DNA of 64,000 nt from the NCBI GenBank assembly GCA_965212015.1, contig OZ243037.1, positions 1,152,001 through 1,216,000 of the forward strand. Direction: 5' to 3'. A program made the position numbers and the translations under genes. Under the pieces are notes generated by a model. It was not told the origin of the DNA and did not search any database. It was given only the letters and a program-made list of their open reading frames with translations. Within the stretch, counting starts at the first letter, position 1. Each line of letters starts with the position of its first letter. The stretch comes from Cenarchaeum sp. GTDB lineage: Archaea > Thermoproteota > Nitrososphaeria > Nitrososphaerales > Nitrosopumilaceae. Shown in pieces: positions 17,314 through 27,501 of the stretch.

Positions 17314-18840
17314 CTAGTGTTGCGGGTTCTTGTTTTTGTACGGATAATAGTATTTTCCCCCCAGTCCCCACGGATCATCCATGTTGGCGGGCCTGCCCTT
17401 GGCAGCAGAATGAATCATGTTGCCAAGGAATATGGCCATGCTTATGCCGATCAGCATTGCGCCCACAGTGGCGATCTGATTCATCGCAATCCATTCGGGA
17501 ATCGGCGGATAGTCGTATATCCTTCTTGGCATGCCAAACAGTCCTAATACGTGTTGAGTGAAAAACACCAGTACGGCGCCTATAAACGACATTATAAAGT
17601 GGACCTGGCCCAGTTTCTCGTGGTACATCCGTCCCGTGACATACGGGAACATGTAGTACAGGTATCCTATGGAGCCAAAGGCGATCGTTCCCATGACAAA
17701 GAGGTGAAAGTGCCCCACCACCCAGTAGGAATCGTGCGTGACAAAGTCCAGCGGCATCGCGCTATTGACCACGCCGCCGGCTCCCGCAGAAAAGAACAGC
17801 GCAATTCCCCCGACTGCCCACATCATCGGGGTCGCAAACTTTATCCTGCCGTTCCACATTGTGGCCAGAAAGTTAAAGACGTGCATTGCAGAGGCGGGGA
17901 CTGCGGCCAGCGTGCCCACCATAAAGACGGTCTTTTCGGTAAAGGACATTCCCGTCGCATACATGTGGTGCGCCCACGAAGAAAAGCTGACGATTGCAAG
18001 CAGGACAAACGCAAAGATGCCAGAGCTGTGGCTGAATATGGGCTTTCTGGAAAACCTGGGGATTATCTCGTACATCATTCCGATTGCAGGTATTACAAGC
18101 ACGTACACCTCCGGGTGGAAGGTAAACCAGAACAGATGCGCGTACGCTATGGGATCGCCGCCCAGTGCCGGGTTGAAAAAGCCGCTCACCCCGAGCCTGT
18201 CTGTAAGCAGCATGAGAAGCGCGGCAGCAAACGTGGGAATCGCGACAAGCACTATCAATGATGACGACAGGAATGACCATGCCAGAAGCGGGACCTGCCC
18301 TATCGACATGTCCGGATGCTTGCACTTCATTATGGTGACTACAAAGTTGATTGCGCCAAGAATCGACGAGATGCCCAGTATCTTTAGCCCAAAGATCCAC
18401 ATGTCAGCCGCCGGGCCCGGCGCGCTGATTATGGAATACGGCGGGGTTGCATACCAGGTAAAGTCCGCAAAGCCCAGCCATATGAGCGCGCCCGCAGGCG
18501 GGATCATCCAGAACGCAATTGCGTTTAGCTTTGGATACGCCATGTCCCTGTACCGGACCATTATCGGGACAAAATAGTTGCCCACCGCAGACGCAAACGG
18601 CAGTATGAACAAAAAGATCAGCGTGGTGCCGTGTACTGTAAATATCCTGTTAAACGTCATGGAATCGGCGATAAACTGCGAGCCGGGCAGGAACAGCTCC
18701 AGGCGTATGGCCAGCGCAAGCGCGCCGCCCATGAACAGGAATCCAAGGGACGTAATAAGATAGAGCAGGCCCACGTCGGTGTGGTGGGTGGAGAACATTA
18801 TCTGCCAGATTGGACGCGGTTTTTGCAGTTCCAGGACCAT
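17314..18840 (-). CDS. coxA: Heme-copper cytochrome c oxidase subunit I
   Basis: HGTT, FHPEVY, WAHH and GHFH motifs; multi-TM. Confidence 0.97.
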   Translation of the reverse strand: MVLELQKPRPIWQIMFSTHHTDVGLLYLITSLGFLFMGGALALAIRLELFLPGSQFIADSMTFNRIFTVHGTTLIFLFILPFASAVGNYFVPIMVRYRDMAYPKLNAIAFWMIPPAGALIWLGFADFTWYATPPYSIISAPGPAADMWIFGLKILGISSILGAINFVVTIMKCKHPDMSIGQVPLLAWSFLSSSLIVLVAIPTFAAALLMLLTDRLGVSGFFNPALGGDPIAYAHLFWFTFHPEVYVLVIPAIGMMYEIIPRFSRKPIFSHSSGIFAFVLLAIVSFSSWAHHMYATGMSFTEKTVFMVGTLAAVPASAMHVFNFLATMWNGRIKFATPMMWAVGGIALFFSAGAGGVVNSAMPLDFVTHDSYWVVGHFHLFVMGTIAFGSIGYLYYMFPYVTGRMYHEKLGQVHFIMSFIGAVLVFFTQHVLGLFGMPRRIYDYPPIPEWIAMNQIATVGAMLIGISMAIFLGNMIHSAAKGRPANMDDPWGLGGKYYYPYKNKNPQH

Positions 18841-18890
18841 CTAGCAGCACACCCTCTCAAAGGAATCCAATGCAATCATTAAAAGCGTTA

Positions 18891-19322
18891 TCATGCGGAC
18901 GGATCCTCCACGTACAGCGTTCCGCGCATGTTGTAGTGGATCAGCCCGCAGTACTCCCTGCACTGTATGTCGTGTACGCCTGCCTCCATCGGTGCAAACC
19001 ACACCGTGTTGACCCTGCCGGGGACCGCATCCAACAGTACGACATAGTCGTGTATGTTAAACGAGTGAATCACGTCAGTCGACGTTATCTCAAACTTGTA
19101 GGCCTTGCCCACCTCCACGTGAAGCTCACCTATTTCTTTTGTCCCGTCGGCGTGCTCAAAGGTCCAGAACCACTGCTGGCCTGTCACCTTTATGACCTCG
19201 GCGTCCTCCGGAATGTGCTCCACAATTCTCTCGACGTTCCACGCCTCTGCCCCGACCCAGACTAGCAGTGCTATGACCACGCCGATATAGACCCATTCTG
19301 GCCAGTTTGAGTGCTTGCCCAA
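18891..19322 (-). CDS. coxB: Cytochrome c oxidase subunit II, CuA domain
   Basis: GQQWFW, DVIHSF and CREYCGLIHYNM. Confidence 0.95.
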   Translation of the reverse strand: MGKHSNWPEWVYIGVVIALLVWVGAEAWNVERIVEHIPEDAEVIKVTGQQWFWTFEHADGTKEIGELHVEVGKAYKFEITSTDVIHSFNIHDYVVLLDAVPGRVNTVWFAPMEAGVHDIQCREYCGLIHYNMRGTLYVEDPSA

Positions 19323-19586
19323 CTACCATTCACCCTTGCCCTCGTATTCCGTGGGCTTTGCATTCGGGTTGGACTCCCTGAACCGCCAGACCTGCCAGAC
19401 TATCGTACCGGACACTATCGCCCCGATGGTAAAGGCCACCACCATCATTCTAAAAAACAGGTTCCAGATCTCGACTCTGCGATCAAGATACTGGCCCGGC
19501 TCGTCTGCTGCCGCATGGACGTATCCGGCAGCCGGTATGATGACAAGTATTGAAAACACCAAGAATAACCCGATTATTTTCCTCAT
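19323..19586 (-). CDS. Small membrane protein, probably the split N-terminal TM part of oxidase subunit II
   Basis: Signal peptide plus TM helix ending WRFRE; abuts coxB. Confidence 0.7.
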   Translation of the reverse strand: MRKIIGLFLVFSILVIIPAAGYVHAAADEPGQYLDRRVEIWNLFFRMMVVAFTIGAIVSGTIVWQVWRFRESNPNAKPTEYEGKGEW

Positions 19587-19643
19587 GACCGAATGGTTGT
19601 GATGCCCTGAAAATTCTATTTAAGGGTTTTGAAGATAATCGGC

Positions 19644-20267
19644 CTACCATTGCTGATCGAATCGCGCGGGATCCATTACATTGATGGCCTTTAGCGAAAG
19701 ATCCCCCTCATACTCGTCAAAGACCGTCAGTGACGCATTGGCCACTATAAGCTCAAAGAGGAACTGCGGCTTTAAGTCGATCACCGTGGACAGCATGGCC
19801 TTGATGGGATCCATGTGGGTCACAAACAGGATGTTTTGGCCCTTGTGCTGCGTGATTGCCTCCCCGACCATACCGGACATGCGCTTTTTGACCTCGGCGA
19901 ACGTCTCTACGCCGTTGTGTGCAAGCTCCAGATCGCCTGAATAGAATTTCAAAAACACATTGCCGTGGGCGGACATTATATCATCATACTTCATGCCGGT
20001 AAACTTGCCCATGTCAAGCTCGATCAGCCTGTCGTCTGCGACCACGTCAGCAGAGTTGCATTCTGCGACAATCTCTGCTGTGTGCCTTGCCCTGTCTATG
20101 GGACTGGTATAGATTTTCGAGACGTTCATGCCCCGGACCAGCTCTGCTGCCTTTTTGGCCTGCTCTATCCCGTTCTGGGTCAGCGGAACACCCGGCGTCC
20201 TGCCGGACAGTATGCGCTTTACGTTGTTTTGTGCCTGACCGTGTCTTAGAAAAATTACCAGGGCCAT
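19644..20267 (-). CDS. Histidine phosphatase / phosphoglycerate mutase family protein
   Basis: LRHG, SPxxRAxxTA and VTH motifs. Confidence 0.9.
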   Translation of the reverse strand: MALVIFLRHGQAQNNVKRILSGRTPGVPLTQNGIEQAKKAAELVRGMNVSKIYTSPIDRARHTAEIVAECNSADVVADDRLIELDMGKFTGMKYDDIMSAHGNVFLKFYSGDLELAHNGVETFAEVKKRMSGMVGEAITQHKGQNILFVTHMDPIKAMLSTVIDLKPQFLFELIVANASLTVFDEYEGDLSLKAINVMDPARFDQQW

Positions 20268-20317
20268 GTTTCATTCGATTTAAAAGAGATAATAATAACA
20301 TTGCCAGCCAAGGACAC

Positions 20318-20986
20318 ATGAGGATTGGAATTATCGGCGGCACCGGCGGAATGGGAAAGGGGTTTGCCATCAGGTGGTGCAGGAACAACGAGATAATAAT
20401 CGGCTCGAGGGACGCAACAAAGGCCGCAGACGCGGCAAAAAAATACGGCGAGCTTGCCAAAACGTACGGCCTGATGGACGGCGGCATAACCGGGGGTGAC
20501 AACATACGCGTCGCAGAGAAAAGCGACGTCCTGGTCCTGTCAATACCGTACGAGAACATCGACTCTGTATGCCCGGAGATTCTTCCGGAGATCAAAGACG
20601 ACTGCGTGGTGATATCGCCGATCGTCCCCATGGTCAAGACCGACGTGGGATTCGAGTTTGTCCCGCTGAGGGACAAAAAGCCGTTCTCGCACGAGCTTGT
20701 CTCAAAATACATGAAAAACAGCGACAACCTGGTCTCTGCATTCCATGTAATCTCTGAGAAAAAGCTGGTCAACCCGAGCCTGGATCTGGATTACGACATT
20801 TTTGTGTGCGGCGATGGCGCAGACGCCATAAAGACTGTCAACTCGCTGATAAACGAGATCAGGGGGCTGCGCCCCGTTTATCTTGGCCCCGGCGCGCTCT
20901 CATACATGGCCGAGATTGCAACCCCGCTGCTGCTAAACGCAATGATAAGAAACAAGCTGAAAAACCCCGGAATAAAGATCGTCTAA
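20318..20986 (+). CDS. npdG: NADPH-dependent F420 reductase
   Basis: MRIGIIGGTGGMG, GSR and VSAFH motifs. Confidence 0.9.
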   Translation: MRIGIIGGTGGMGKGFAIRWCRNNEIIIGSRDATKAADAAKKYGELAKTYGLMDGGITGGDNIRVAEKSDVLVLSIPYENIDSVCPEILPEIKDDCVVISPIVPMVKTDVGFEFVPLRDKKPFSHELVSKYMKNSDNLVSAFHVISEKKLVNPSLDLDYDIFVCGDGADAIKTVNSLINEIRGLRPVYLGPGALSYMAEIATPLLLNAMIRNKLKNPGIKIV

Positions 20987-21220
20987 ATGTGCGCACAATA
21001 CTATCGCCGCGGCAGGAACTGGCTTACTGCGATGGGAATACTGTTTATAGTCTCTGCCGGTATAGTCCTCGTCAGGCAGGTAATCCTGTGGACGCCGGAT
21101 TTTGTTGCGGATTTTTTGCTCGACTCGAACGTTACAAGCGAAAAGATATCAGTGGCAATGATTGCGTTTGGCGGCATACTGCTGGCGCTGGGGTTCAGAA
21201 GGCATGATCGGCCAGACTAG
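20987..21220 (+). CDS. Small two-TM hypothetical protein
   Basis: Two hydrophobic helices; operonic position. Confidence 0.65.
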   Translation: MCAQYYRRGRNWLTAMGILFIVSAGIVLVRQVILWTPDFVADFLLDSNVTSEKISVAMIAFGGILLALGFRRHDRPD

Positions 21221-21605
21221 GTTTCTAAAGTCACAAAAGGTGCTCAGGCTGGCGACTCTGGGCGCGGGGGGGCGCCTGCACATTACCCCCGTGTGGTATT
21301 TGTTTCGCGAGGGCAGGTTCTATGTGGGAACCAACACCGGCACGAAAAAGGCAAGAAACATACGCAGGAAAAAACAGGTCGCCTTTTGCGTCGATGTGGG
21401 GGTCAACTCGCCTGACATTACAGGCGTAACGGGGCAGGGACGCGCAAGGCTGATTCTTGAAAGACTCGAGGTGGCAAGGATTGCCAGGGCCATACTGAAA
21501 AGGTACTACAAATCGCTGCAAGACGAGTCCGCAAAAAAGCTTCTGGCCGATACGGACTGCATAATAGAGATAACACCGGACGGCTATGCTAGCTGGAGCT
21601 ATTAA
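21204..21605 (+). CDS. Pyridoxamine 5'-phosphate oxidase-like (FMN/F420-binding split barrel) protein
   Basis: LRLAT..G..HITPVWY, KKARNI and VAFCVD. Confidence 0.85.
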   Translation: MIGQTRFLKSQKVLRLATLGAGGRLHITPVWYLFREGRFYVGTNTGTKKARNIRRKKQVAFCVDVGVNSPDITGVTGQGRARLILERLEVARIARAILKRYYKSLQDESAKKLLADTDCIIEITPDGYASWSY

Positions 21606-22770
21606 CAAAGCGCTCAATTCTGTCCATGGCGGAGCTCAGCACTGCCGGCTCTGGCAGGTACACGATTCTGAAATGACTGCTGCCGTACTTTGTTCCGAAT
21701 CCCGAGCCGTGTACGGTGAGCACCCCCTCATCCTCCAGTAGCTTGAGGACAAACTCCCTGTCTGAGGAAAAACGGTTCTCGATAATCCTCGGAAACGCGT
21801 AAAACGCGCCCCTGGGATTGGTGCACGAGAGTCCCGGCATGGAGTCCAGCCGCCCCATCACCAGATCCCTGCGTTTTTTTACCTCAGAGACAAACTTTGC
21901 GATATAGTCCTGCGGTCCGCGCAATGATTCCAGTGCGGCGTGCTGGAAGGGGAGGTTTGTGGATATTCTGACGCGCGCAAGCTTGGGCAGATGCTCCCGT
22001 ATTGCCTCAAGCCGGGGCGAGTTGTTAAACCCCACATAGCCGACACGCCATCCCGACATCAGGTGCACCTTGGAGAAGCCGTTGAGCAGTATCACCGGCG
22101 AGTCGCCCGCCACGCTTCCGATTCCGGCGAACTTTTCATCAAAGACTATCTGATCGTATATCTCGTCGCAGATTATGTACAGGTCGTTTTCGTTTGCCAC
22201 ATCAACTAGCCGCTTGAGGGAGGCGGCATCAAACACGGCGCCGGTCGGATTGTTGGGGCTGATCAGGCAGACTGCTATAGTCCTCGGGGTGATCTTTGAT
22301 CGTATGTCCTCAATGTCCGGCGCAGAGTTTTCCAGATCGACTGCAAACTCTACTGGCGTTCCGCCGTGCAGCCGGACGTACGACGCGTACGGCGGGTAAT
22401 ACGGGCCGGGCAGCAGCACCTCGTCGCCCTGCTCCACTATAGAGGAGAGCACCATGTCTAGCGCCTCAGACACCCCGTTGGTCACAAGAATGTCGTCACC
22501 GGACACGTCCAGCCCCTTTCTTTTTTCCTTGATTGCAATCTCGTCTCGAAGCTCCGGCAGTCCTTCGGATGGCGAGTAAAAGTTCTGGTCCCCCCGGACT
22601 GCCTCGATCAGGGCGCGCTTTACGTTCTCAGGCGGCTGGAATCCAAACTGCACCGGATCGCCAATGTTGAGATAGTCCACCGACCGTCCCTGCCGCTCCA
22701 GCGCCCTTGCGGCAACCACAATGTCCCGTATTGCATACTCTACGCCCTTTACTTTTTTTGATATTTTCAA
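21589..22770 (-). CDS. PLP-dependent class I/II aminotransferase (AlaA-like)
   Basis: LNIGDP, NNPTG, DEIYD and FSKVHLMSGWRVG. Confidence 0.92.
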   Translation of the reverse strand: MKISKKVKGVEYAIRDIVVAARALERQGRSVDYLNIGDPVQFGFQPPENVKRALIEAVRGDQNFYSPSEGLPELRDEIAIKEKRKGLDVSGDDILVTNGVSEALDMVLSSIVEQGDEVLLPGPYYPPYASYVRLHGGTPVEFAVDLENSAPDIEDIRSKITPRTIAVCLISPNNPTGAVFDAASLKRLVDVANENDLYIICDEIYDQIVFDEKFAGIGSVAGDSPVILLNGFSKVHLMSGWRVGYVGFNNSPRLEAIREHLPKLARVRISTNLPFQHAALESLRGPQDYIAKFVSEVKKRRDLVMGRLDSMPGLSCTNPRGAFYAFPRIIENRFSSDREFVLKLLEDEGVLTVHGSGFGTKYGSSHFRIVYLPEPAVLSSAMDRIERFVNSSS

Positions 22771-22881
22771 GGAATTACACAGGCCCGTACCATACTATAA
22801 CATATCGCTTTGTTGCGGCGCGCGAATCCGGGTCGGGCCCGCATTTGTTAGATTTTTAGAGCGGTGCGGTTTTGTAGTGTT

Positions 22882-22956
22882 GGACTCGTAGCACAGTCAG
22901 GACAGTGCGGGCGGCTTCGGACCGCCAGGTCGAGGGATCGAAGCCCTCCGAGCCCT
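22882..22956 (+). tRNA. tRNA-Arg(TCG)
   Basis: GGCGG-CT-TCG-GA-CCGCC anticodon arm; D and T arms present; one acceptor-stem mismatch. Confidence 0.85.
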
Positions 22957-23079
22957 TTCCATAAATCCGCAGGCCGGCGCCGGCCTTTTTGCAGACATGC
23001 AAAAATTCCGCAGCCGGCAAAATGACGGGTGCGGGACTGCCCCAGCCAACTATATTAGGCATCATAGCCAATTGCACGC

Positions 23080-23319
23080 ATGAGCCCCGGAATCGGACTG
23101 ATGAGGCGAAGGCTGGAAAAGAAACAGGATGCAGTATCGCTTGCCACCTCCGGGGTTGCAAAAAAATACGGCGTCGGGGCGGCCGCAATCAAGACCCTGG
23201 AGACAAAGTACGACGACGATGCCGGGGACTGGTATGTCGCACTGGGCTGGGCCGAAAAGCGGGCCGTAATAAGGATGGATTCCGTCCAGGCCACAATTAC
23301 GGAAATTAAAGAGATTTAA
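23080..23319 (+). CDS. Small hypothetical protein (PepSY-like alpha/beta fold possible)
   Basis: 79-aa ORF with plausible composition (WYVAL..AVIRMD..TITEIKEI). Confidence 0.65.
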   Translation: MSPGIGLMRRRLEKKQDAVSLATSGVAKKYGVGAAAIKTLETKYDDDAGDWYVALGWAEKRAVIRMDSVQATITEIKEI

Positions 23320-23343
23320 TCATCTTGTACAGCATACCATCCA

Positions 23344-23991
23344 GTGACTGACGCAATAGTAATCGGGGGTTCCAGGGGAATTGGAAAGGCAATCGCCGAC
23401 GCCCTCAGATTAATTGACTGTACGGTGACTGCCACCTCAAAGTCGCAGGTTGACACCTCGAATCCGGACAGTGTCAGACAATTCGCACAAAAAAACCCCC
23501 AGACCGATGTCCTGGTGTTAAACACGGGCGGGCCGCCGCCAATAGAGTTTCATTCCGTAACACAGGAGGACTGGGAGAAATACCACAACCAGCTGTTTTT
23601 GGGGTTTTGCATACTGTTACAGAACATTACGATCAGAGACGGCGGATACGTATTTCTCATAAGCTCAAGTGTGATCAAGGAACCCAGTCCAAGGCTGGTC
23701 ATATCGGGGGCGTACCGCTCTGCGTTTAGCAGCGTCTTTAAGGTTCTCAGCAAGGATCTTGCCGCAAGGGACGTCAGCTGCGTCAACATCGCCCCCGGCC
23801 CGATAAACACCGACAGGACGCGCGAGCTTGTGGAGGACGTGGAAAAGTTCCGGTCCGGACTCCCGATGAAAAGGCTCGGCGAGCCCGCAGAGATTGGGGA
23901 CTTTGTAAGGTGTATAGTACAGAACAGGATAAAATATCTGTCCGGTGTGACGATTAATTTTGACGGCGCAAGCTCGGCGCATCTGTTCTAG
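23344..23991 (+). CDS. SDR-family oxidoreductase
   Basis: GGSRGIG, NTGGP and NIAPGPINT. Confidence 0.9.
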   Translation: MTDAIVIGGSRGIGKAIADALRLIDCTVTATSKSQVDTSNPDSVRQFAQKNPQTDVLVLNTGGPPPIEFHSVTQEDWEKYHNQLFLGFCILLQNITIRDGGYVFLISSSVIKEPSPRLVISGAYRSAFSSVFKVLSKDLAARDVSCVNIAPGPINTDRTRELVEDVEKFRSGLPMKRLGEPAEIGDFVRCIVQNRIKYLSGVTINFDGASSAHLF

Positions 23992-24626
23992 GATTTCTTG
24001 AACTCTATGTTTGGCGCATCGGTATTGCCTGCAACGACTAGCAGTCCGCCGTCGGTGAGCTGCTTTACTAGCTGCATTACCTCCTTTTCCACCTGGCCCC
24101 TCTGCAGTCCGGTCTGCTGTGCAAAGATATCCACAAGCTCCGTCATTTTCCGCTCTCCGTTACACGACTTCCAAAAGTCAATGATTGCCTGGTTTACCAT
24201 GAATCCCTGCTCGTGCTCGTTTGCAAGAACCATAGAGCCGTCCTCCTGCTTTACCAGCTTTCCCACGCCCTGCGGCATGGCAGTCTCGTAGTTTATCGGC
24301 GCCGGAGTCGCCATTCCCGTTCCCATGCTCTTGAGCGTGGCCCTTGCATCGTCTGATAGCTTGTCCATCGTCCATGGCGGATCCCACACGATGTCAATGT
24401 TGACATTGTTTACGCCGGGGACTTTTTTTGCATACCTGGTCACGTCGGATACCAGCGTCTCGTGCAGCGGGCACCCCTGGGTGGTCATGGTCATCTTTAT
24501 GTTGACATTGTCGTTTTTTACGTCAATGCCGTATATCAGGCCCATGTCGACTATATTTATCGGAACCTCGGGATCCATGCACTGCTTGAGGGAGGTCCTT
24601 ACGGCCTCCGGCGTCACGACACTCAT
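23988..24626 (-). CDS. DUF59/SufT-type Fe-S assembly protein fused to a PqqD-like domain
   Basis: DPE..NIVDMGLIY, TTQGCP and WDPPWT; C-terminal FWKSCNG winged-helix. Confidence 0.85.
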   Translation of the reverse strand: MSVVTPEAVRTSLKQCMDPEVPINIVDMGLIYGIDVKNDNVNIKMTMTTQGCPLHETLVSDVTRYAKKVPGVNNVNIDIVWDPPWTMDKLSDDARATLKSMGTGMATPAPINYETAMPQGVGKLVKQEDGSMVLANEHEQGFMVNQAIIDFWKSCNGERKMTELVDIFAQQTGLQRGQVEKEVMQLVKQLTDGGLLVVAGNTDAPNIEFKKS

Positions 24627-24665
24627 GTTTATACCAAAAAATGGGAAAACAATAAAAACTTTCTA

Positions 24666-25712
24666 TTAGTTAGCTTTGAATAATTTTCCGATGGATTCCC
24701 CGTACGGGGGCCTTGCTATGGCCTTTTCGGTGATTATTCCCGAGACTAGCTCCGGCGGGGTCACGTCAAATGCGGGATTGATCACGCCGATTCCGTCTGG
24801 CGCGGTTTTTTTGCCCCCCATTCCGGTGACCTCGCTTGCCTTTCTCTGCTCGATTACAATGTCATCCGTGCCGCTCTCCAGGTCAAACGTCGAAAGCGGC
24901 GCTGCCACGTAAAACGGGATTTCGTGCCGCTTTGCCATGATTGCAATCTGGTAGGTGCCAATCTTGTTGTAAACGTGTCCGGTGCGCAGGATTCTGTCCG
25001 CGCCCACTATTATCCTGTCGACTAGGCCTGCGGCCATCGAGTATCCCACCGCGGTGTCAGGTATCAGGCTGACATCAATGCCGTCGTGCTTTAGCTCAAA
25101 CGCAGTAAGCCGGGAGCCCTGCTGTACGGGCCTGGTCTCAGTAGCTATCACCCTGATGCTTTTTCCGCTGTCCCTTACGGCCCTGATGACGCCCAGCGCG
25201 GTGCCGTATGCGACGGTTGCAAGCGCGCCTGCGTTGCAGTGCGTCAGTATTGTGTCATTGTCCTCAAAGAGCGCCGAGCCGTTCCTGCCCATCTCCATGT
25301 TGATTCGTATGTCGTCTTGGGCCATCTGTTTTGCAGAATCAACTATCTCTGACTTTATTTCACGTATGGCAGTCCCCCTGTTTGCCACGCCCATTATCCT
25401 GTCCAGGCCCCACTTGAGGTTTACCGCAGTGGGCCTGGTATTATACAGGACGTCCCTTGCCTCGTTCAGGTCCGCTAGCAGCTCGTCTTTTGAGGCGGCG
25501 CGGCTTTGCAGGCAGGCAAGGGCCAGGCCGAACGCGCCGGACACCCCTATCGCCGGCGCCCCCCTTATGACAAGGGTCCTGATTGCGTCGGCCACCTGGT
25601 GATAGTCGTCATACGTCACAAAGACCAGCTCGTTTGGAAGCCTGGTCTGATCAATCATTATTACCTTGCCGTCCTTCCACTCGATGGTCTTCAGGGGGCC
25701 CGAATCATTCAT
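24666..25712 (-). CDS. mtnA: Methylthioribose-1-phosphate isomerase
   Basis: IRGAPAIG, RPTAVNL, THCNAG, ETRP and NKIGTY. Confidence 0.93.
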   Translation of the reverse strand: MNDSGPLKTIEWKDGKVIMIDQTRLPNELVFVTYDDYHQVADAIRTLVIRGAPAIGVSGAFGLALACLQSRAASKDELLADLNEARDVLYNTRPTAVNLKWGLDRIMGVANRGTAIREIKSEIVDSAKQMAQDDIRINMEMGRNGSALFEDNDTILTHCNAGALATVAYGTALGVIRAVRDSGKSIRVIATETRPVQQGSRLTAFELKHDGIDVSLIPDTAVGYSMAAGLVDRIIVGADRILRTGHVYNKIGTYQIAIMAKRHEIPFYVAAPLSTFDLESGTDDIVIEQRKASEVTGMGGKKTAPDGIGVINPAFDVTPPELVSGIITEKAIARPPYGESIGKLFKAN

Positions 25713-25753
25713 TTCATCAAAGCTTTTTGAACCATATTTAAAATGGATCGGGC

Positions 25754-26803
25754 GTGGTTAACCGTTATATTTTCAGCCGCATGCACAAAGGACACTTGGA
25801 CCTGAAAACGCTTGAAAAAATCGACTCTGGAAACATGCATTCCGTATACGACAGGTGGCCTGAAATCGCCAGGGAGCAGTTCGGGGCGGATTTTGAGCCG
25901 TTTGACTGCGGGGATCGCAGGCACATAGTCTTTGCCGGCATGGGCGGCTCGGGGGCAATCAACAATGTGTTTTCATCCATACTATCAAAGACCGGCGTTC
26001 ACGTCGACGTGGTAAAGGGGTACCTGCTGCCCAGGACTGCCGATTCGGACTCGCTTGTGGTGGCCACTAGCATATCTGGCAACACCGCAGAGACGCTCAC
26101 CGTGCTGAGGCAGGCAAAAAAGACCGGATGCAAGACAGTCGCGTTCTCAAGCGGCGGCATTATGCGGGACTATTGCGGGAAAAACGGCGTCGGGTTTTGG
26201 GAGATCCCGTCCCACCACTCCCCGAGGGCCTCCTTTACGTCGTTTCTCTACTCGATGCTAAAGATCCTGCATCCCGTCTTGCCCATAGACGGCTCAGACA
26301 TTGCCGAATCGCTGACGCTCATGGAAAAGCTGCGCGACAAGATACATTCCGGGAACCTTTCCGGGTGTAATAGCGCGCTGGATCTTGCCGCATGGCTGCC
26401 CCGAATTCCGGTGATTTATTATCCGTGGGGGCTGGAATCTGCCGCAATACGCTTCAAGAACTCGCTGCAGGAGAACTCAAAGATGCACGCAATGGCAGAG
26501 GACGTCATAGAGGCGTGCCACAACGGAATAGTGTCCCTCCGGGAGGGCGGCGAGGTAAGACCCGTACTGGTCAGGGGGGCGCAGGACTATGAAAAGACGC
26601 AGCAGAGATGGGAGATACTCAAGGAGCTCTTTGAGAAAAAGGGCATAAAATACAAAGAGGTCTTTTCGCCGCCAGGCAGCATACTTGCAAAGCTAATCGG
26701 CCTCATCTATCTGTTTGACTATTGCTCAATCTACAGGGCCGCCCTTGACGGGACGGATCCCACCCCTGTTGAGGCGATAAACTTTGTAAAAAAGAGGCTG
26801 TAA
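25754..26803 (+). CDS. Bifunctional phosphoglucose/phosphomannose isomerase (SIS)
   Basis: GMGGSG, SISGNTAET, ENSK and EACHN. Confidence 0.88.
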   Translation: MVNRYIFSRMHKGHLDLKTLEKIDSGNMHSVYDRWPEIAREQFGADFEPFDCGDRRHIVFAGMGGSGAINNVFSSILSKTGVHVDVVKGYLLPRTADSDSLVVATSISGNTAETLTVLRQAKKTGCKTVAFSSGGIMRDYCGKNGVGFWEIPSHHSPRASFTSFLYSMLKILHPVLPIDGSDIAESLTLMEKLRDKIHSGNLSGCNSALDLAAWLPRIPVIYYPWGLESAAIRFKNSLQENSKMHAMAEDVIEACHNGIVSLREGGEVRPVLVRGAQDYEKTQQRWEILKELFEKKGIKYKEVFSPPGSILAKLIGLIYLFDYCSIYRAALDGTDPTPVEAINFVKKRL

Positions 26804-26839
26804 GGTTTGGATTTCCGCTAGCACGGATCCCGGAAAAAA

Positions 26840-27205
26840 CTAGTCTAGCTTTTTGTCAATGTCGGCCATTTTGTCCTGGAATTTCTTGTATTTTTTGGTC
26901 CAGCGATTCAGCGAGACTAGCTGCATTACTCCCAGCCCCATTACAATTGCAACAAGGGCTATAAAGCCGATTACTACTGCCGTCACAATGTCAAACACGC
27001 CTGCCAGCGACTGCAACTCCTCGTCGGCTGCGCTGGTCTGCAAGTCGTGATGCACGGTTACGACTATTAACAGTATGGCAATCATGGCCACTGCCAGCGG
27101 AACTATTATCAGCCCTATGAGTATCGCAAATATCCTGCTTGTCTTTTTTATCTGATCTGCAACGCCGTCCATTATACCAGAGATGCCGCCCTGATCCTCG
27201 CTCAT
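26840..27205 (-). CDS. Two-TM membrane protein
   Basis: Two TM helices and a coiled C-terminal tail; overlaps the stop of the wHTH gene. Confidence 0.7.
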   Translation of the reverse strand: MSEDQGGISGIMDGVADQIKKTSRIFAILIGLIIVPLAVAMIAILLIVVTVHHDLQTSAADEELQSLAGVFDIVTAVVIGFIALVAIVMGLGVMQLVSLNRWTKKYKKFQDKMADIDKKLD

Positions 27206-27501
27206 GTATGATCACCTTTGTGGTCCCTGGGAAACATCTCCTCGTAGGGCTCGAGGATCATCCTGCCGAACTCTTGTCCCTTCGGGGTCATCCTGTATTT
27301 TACTATGGTCTTGCTTCCCCACGGCTCCCTGCTTGCAGTAAGCAGCCCTTTTTTCTCCATGTCCTCGATGATTTCCTTGTGCTTTTTCATGTTCAGGCCG
27401 CAGTAGCTTATCAGCTTTGTCTGGTTGAGCTCGCCGTGCTCTGTGAGCATCAGTATTATGTCCCTCCGAATGTATGTTCTGTCCCTAGGATCTGCGACCA
27501 G
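27202..27501 (-). CDS. Winged-helix (HTH_45-like) transcriptional regulator
   Basis: RDRTYIRRDII...LNQTKLISYCGLN...YRMTPKG; frame extends to a CTG at 27501. Confidence 0.8.
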   Translation of the reverse strand: MVADPRDRTYIRRDIILMLTEHGELNQTKLISYCGLNMKKHKEIIEDMEKKGLLTASREPWGSKTIVKYRMTPKGQEFGRMILEPYEEMFPRDHKGDHT

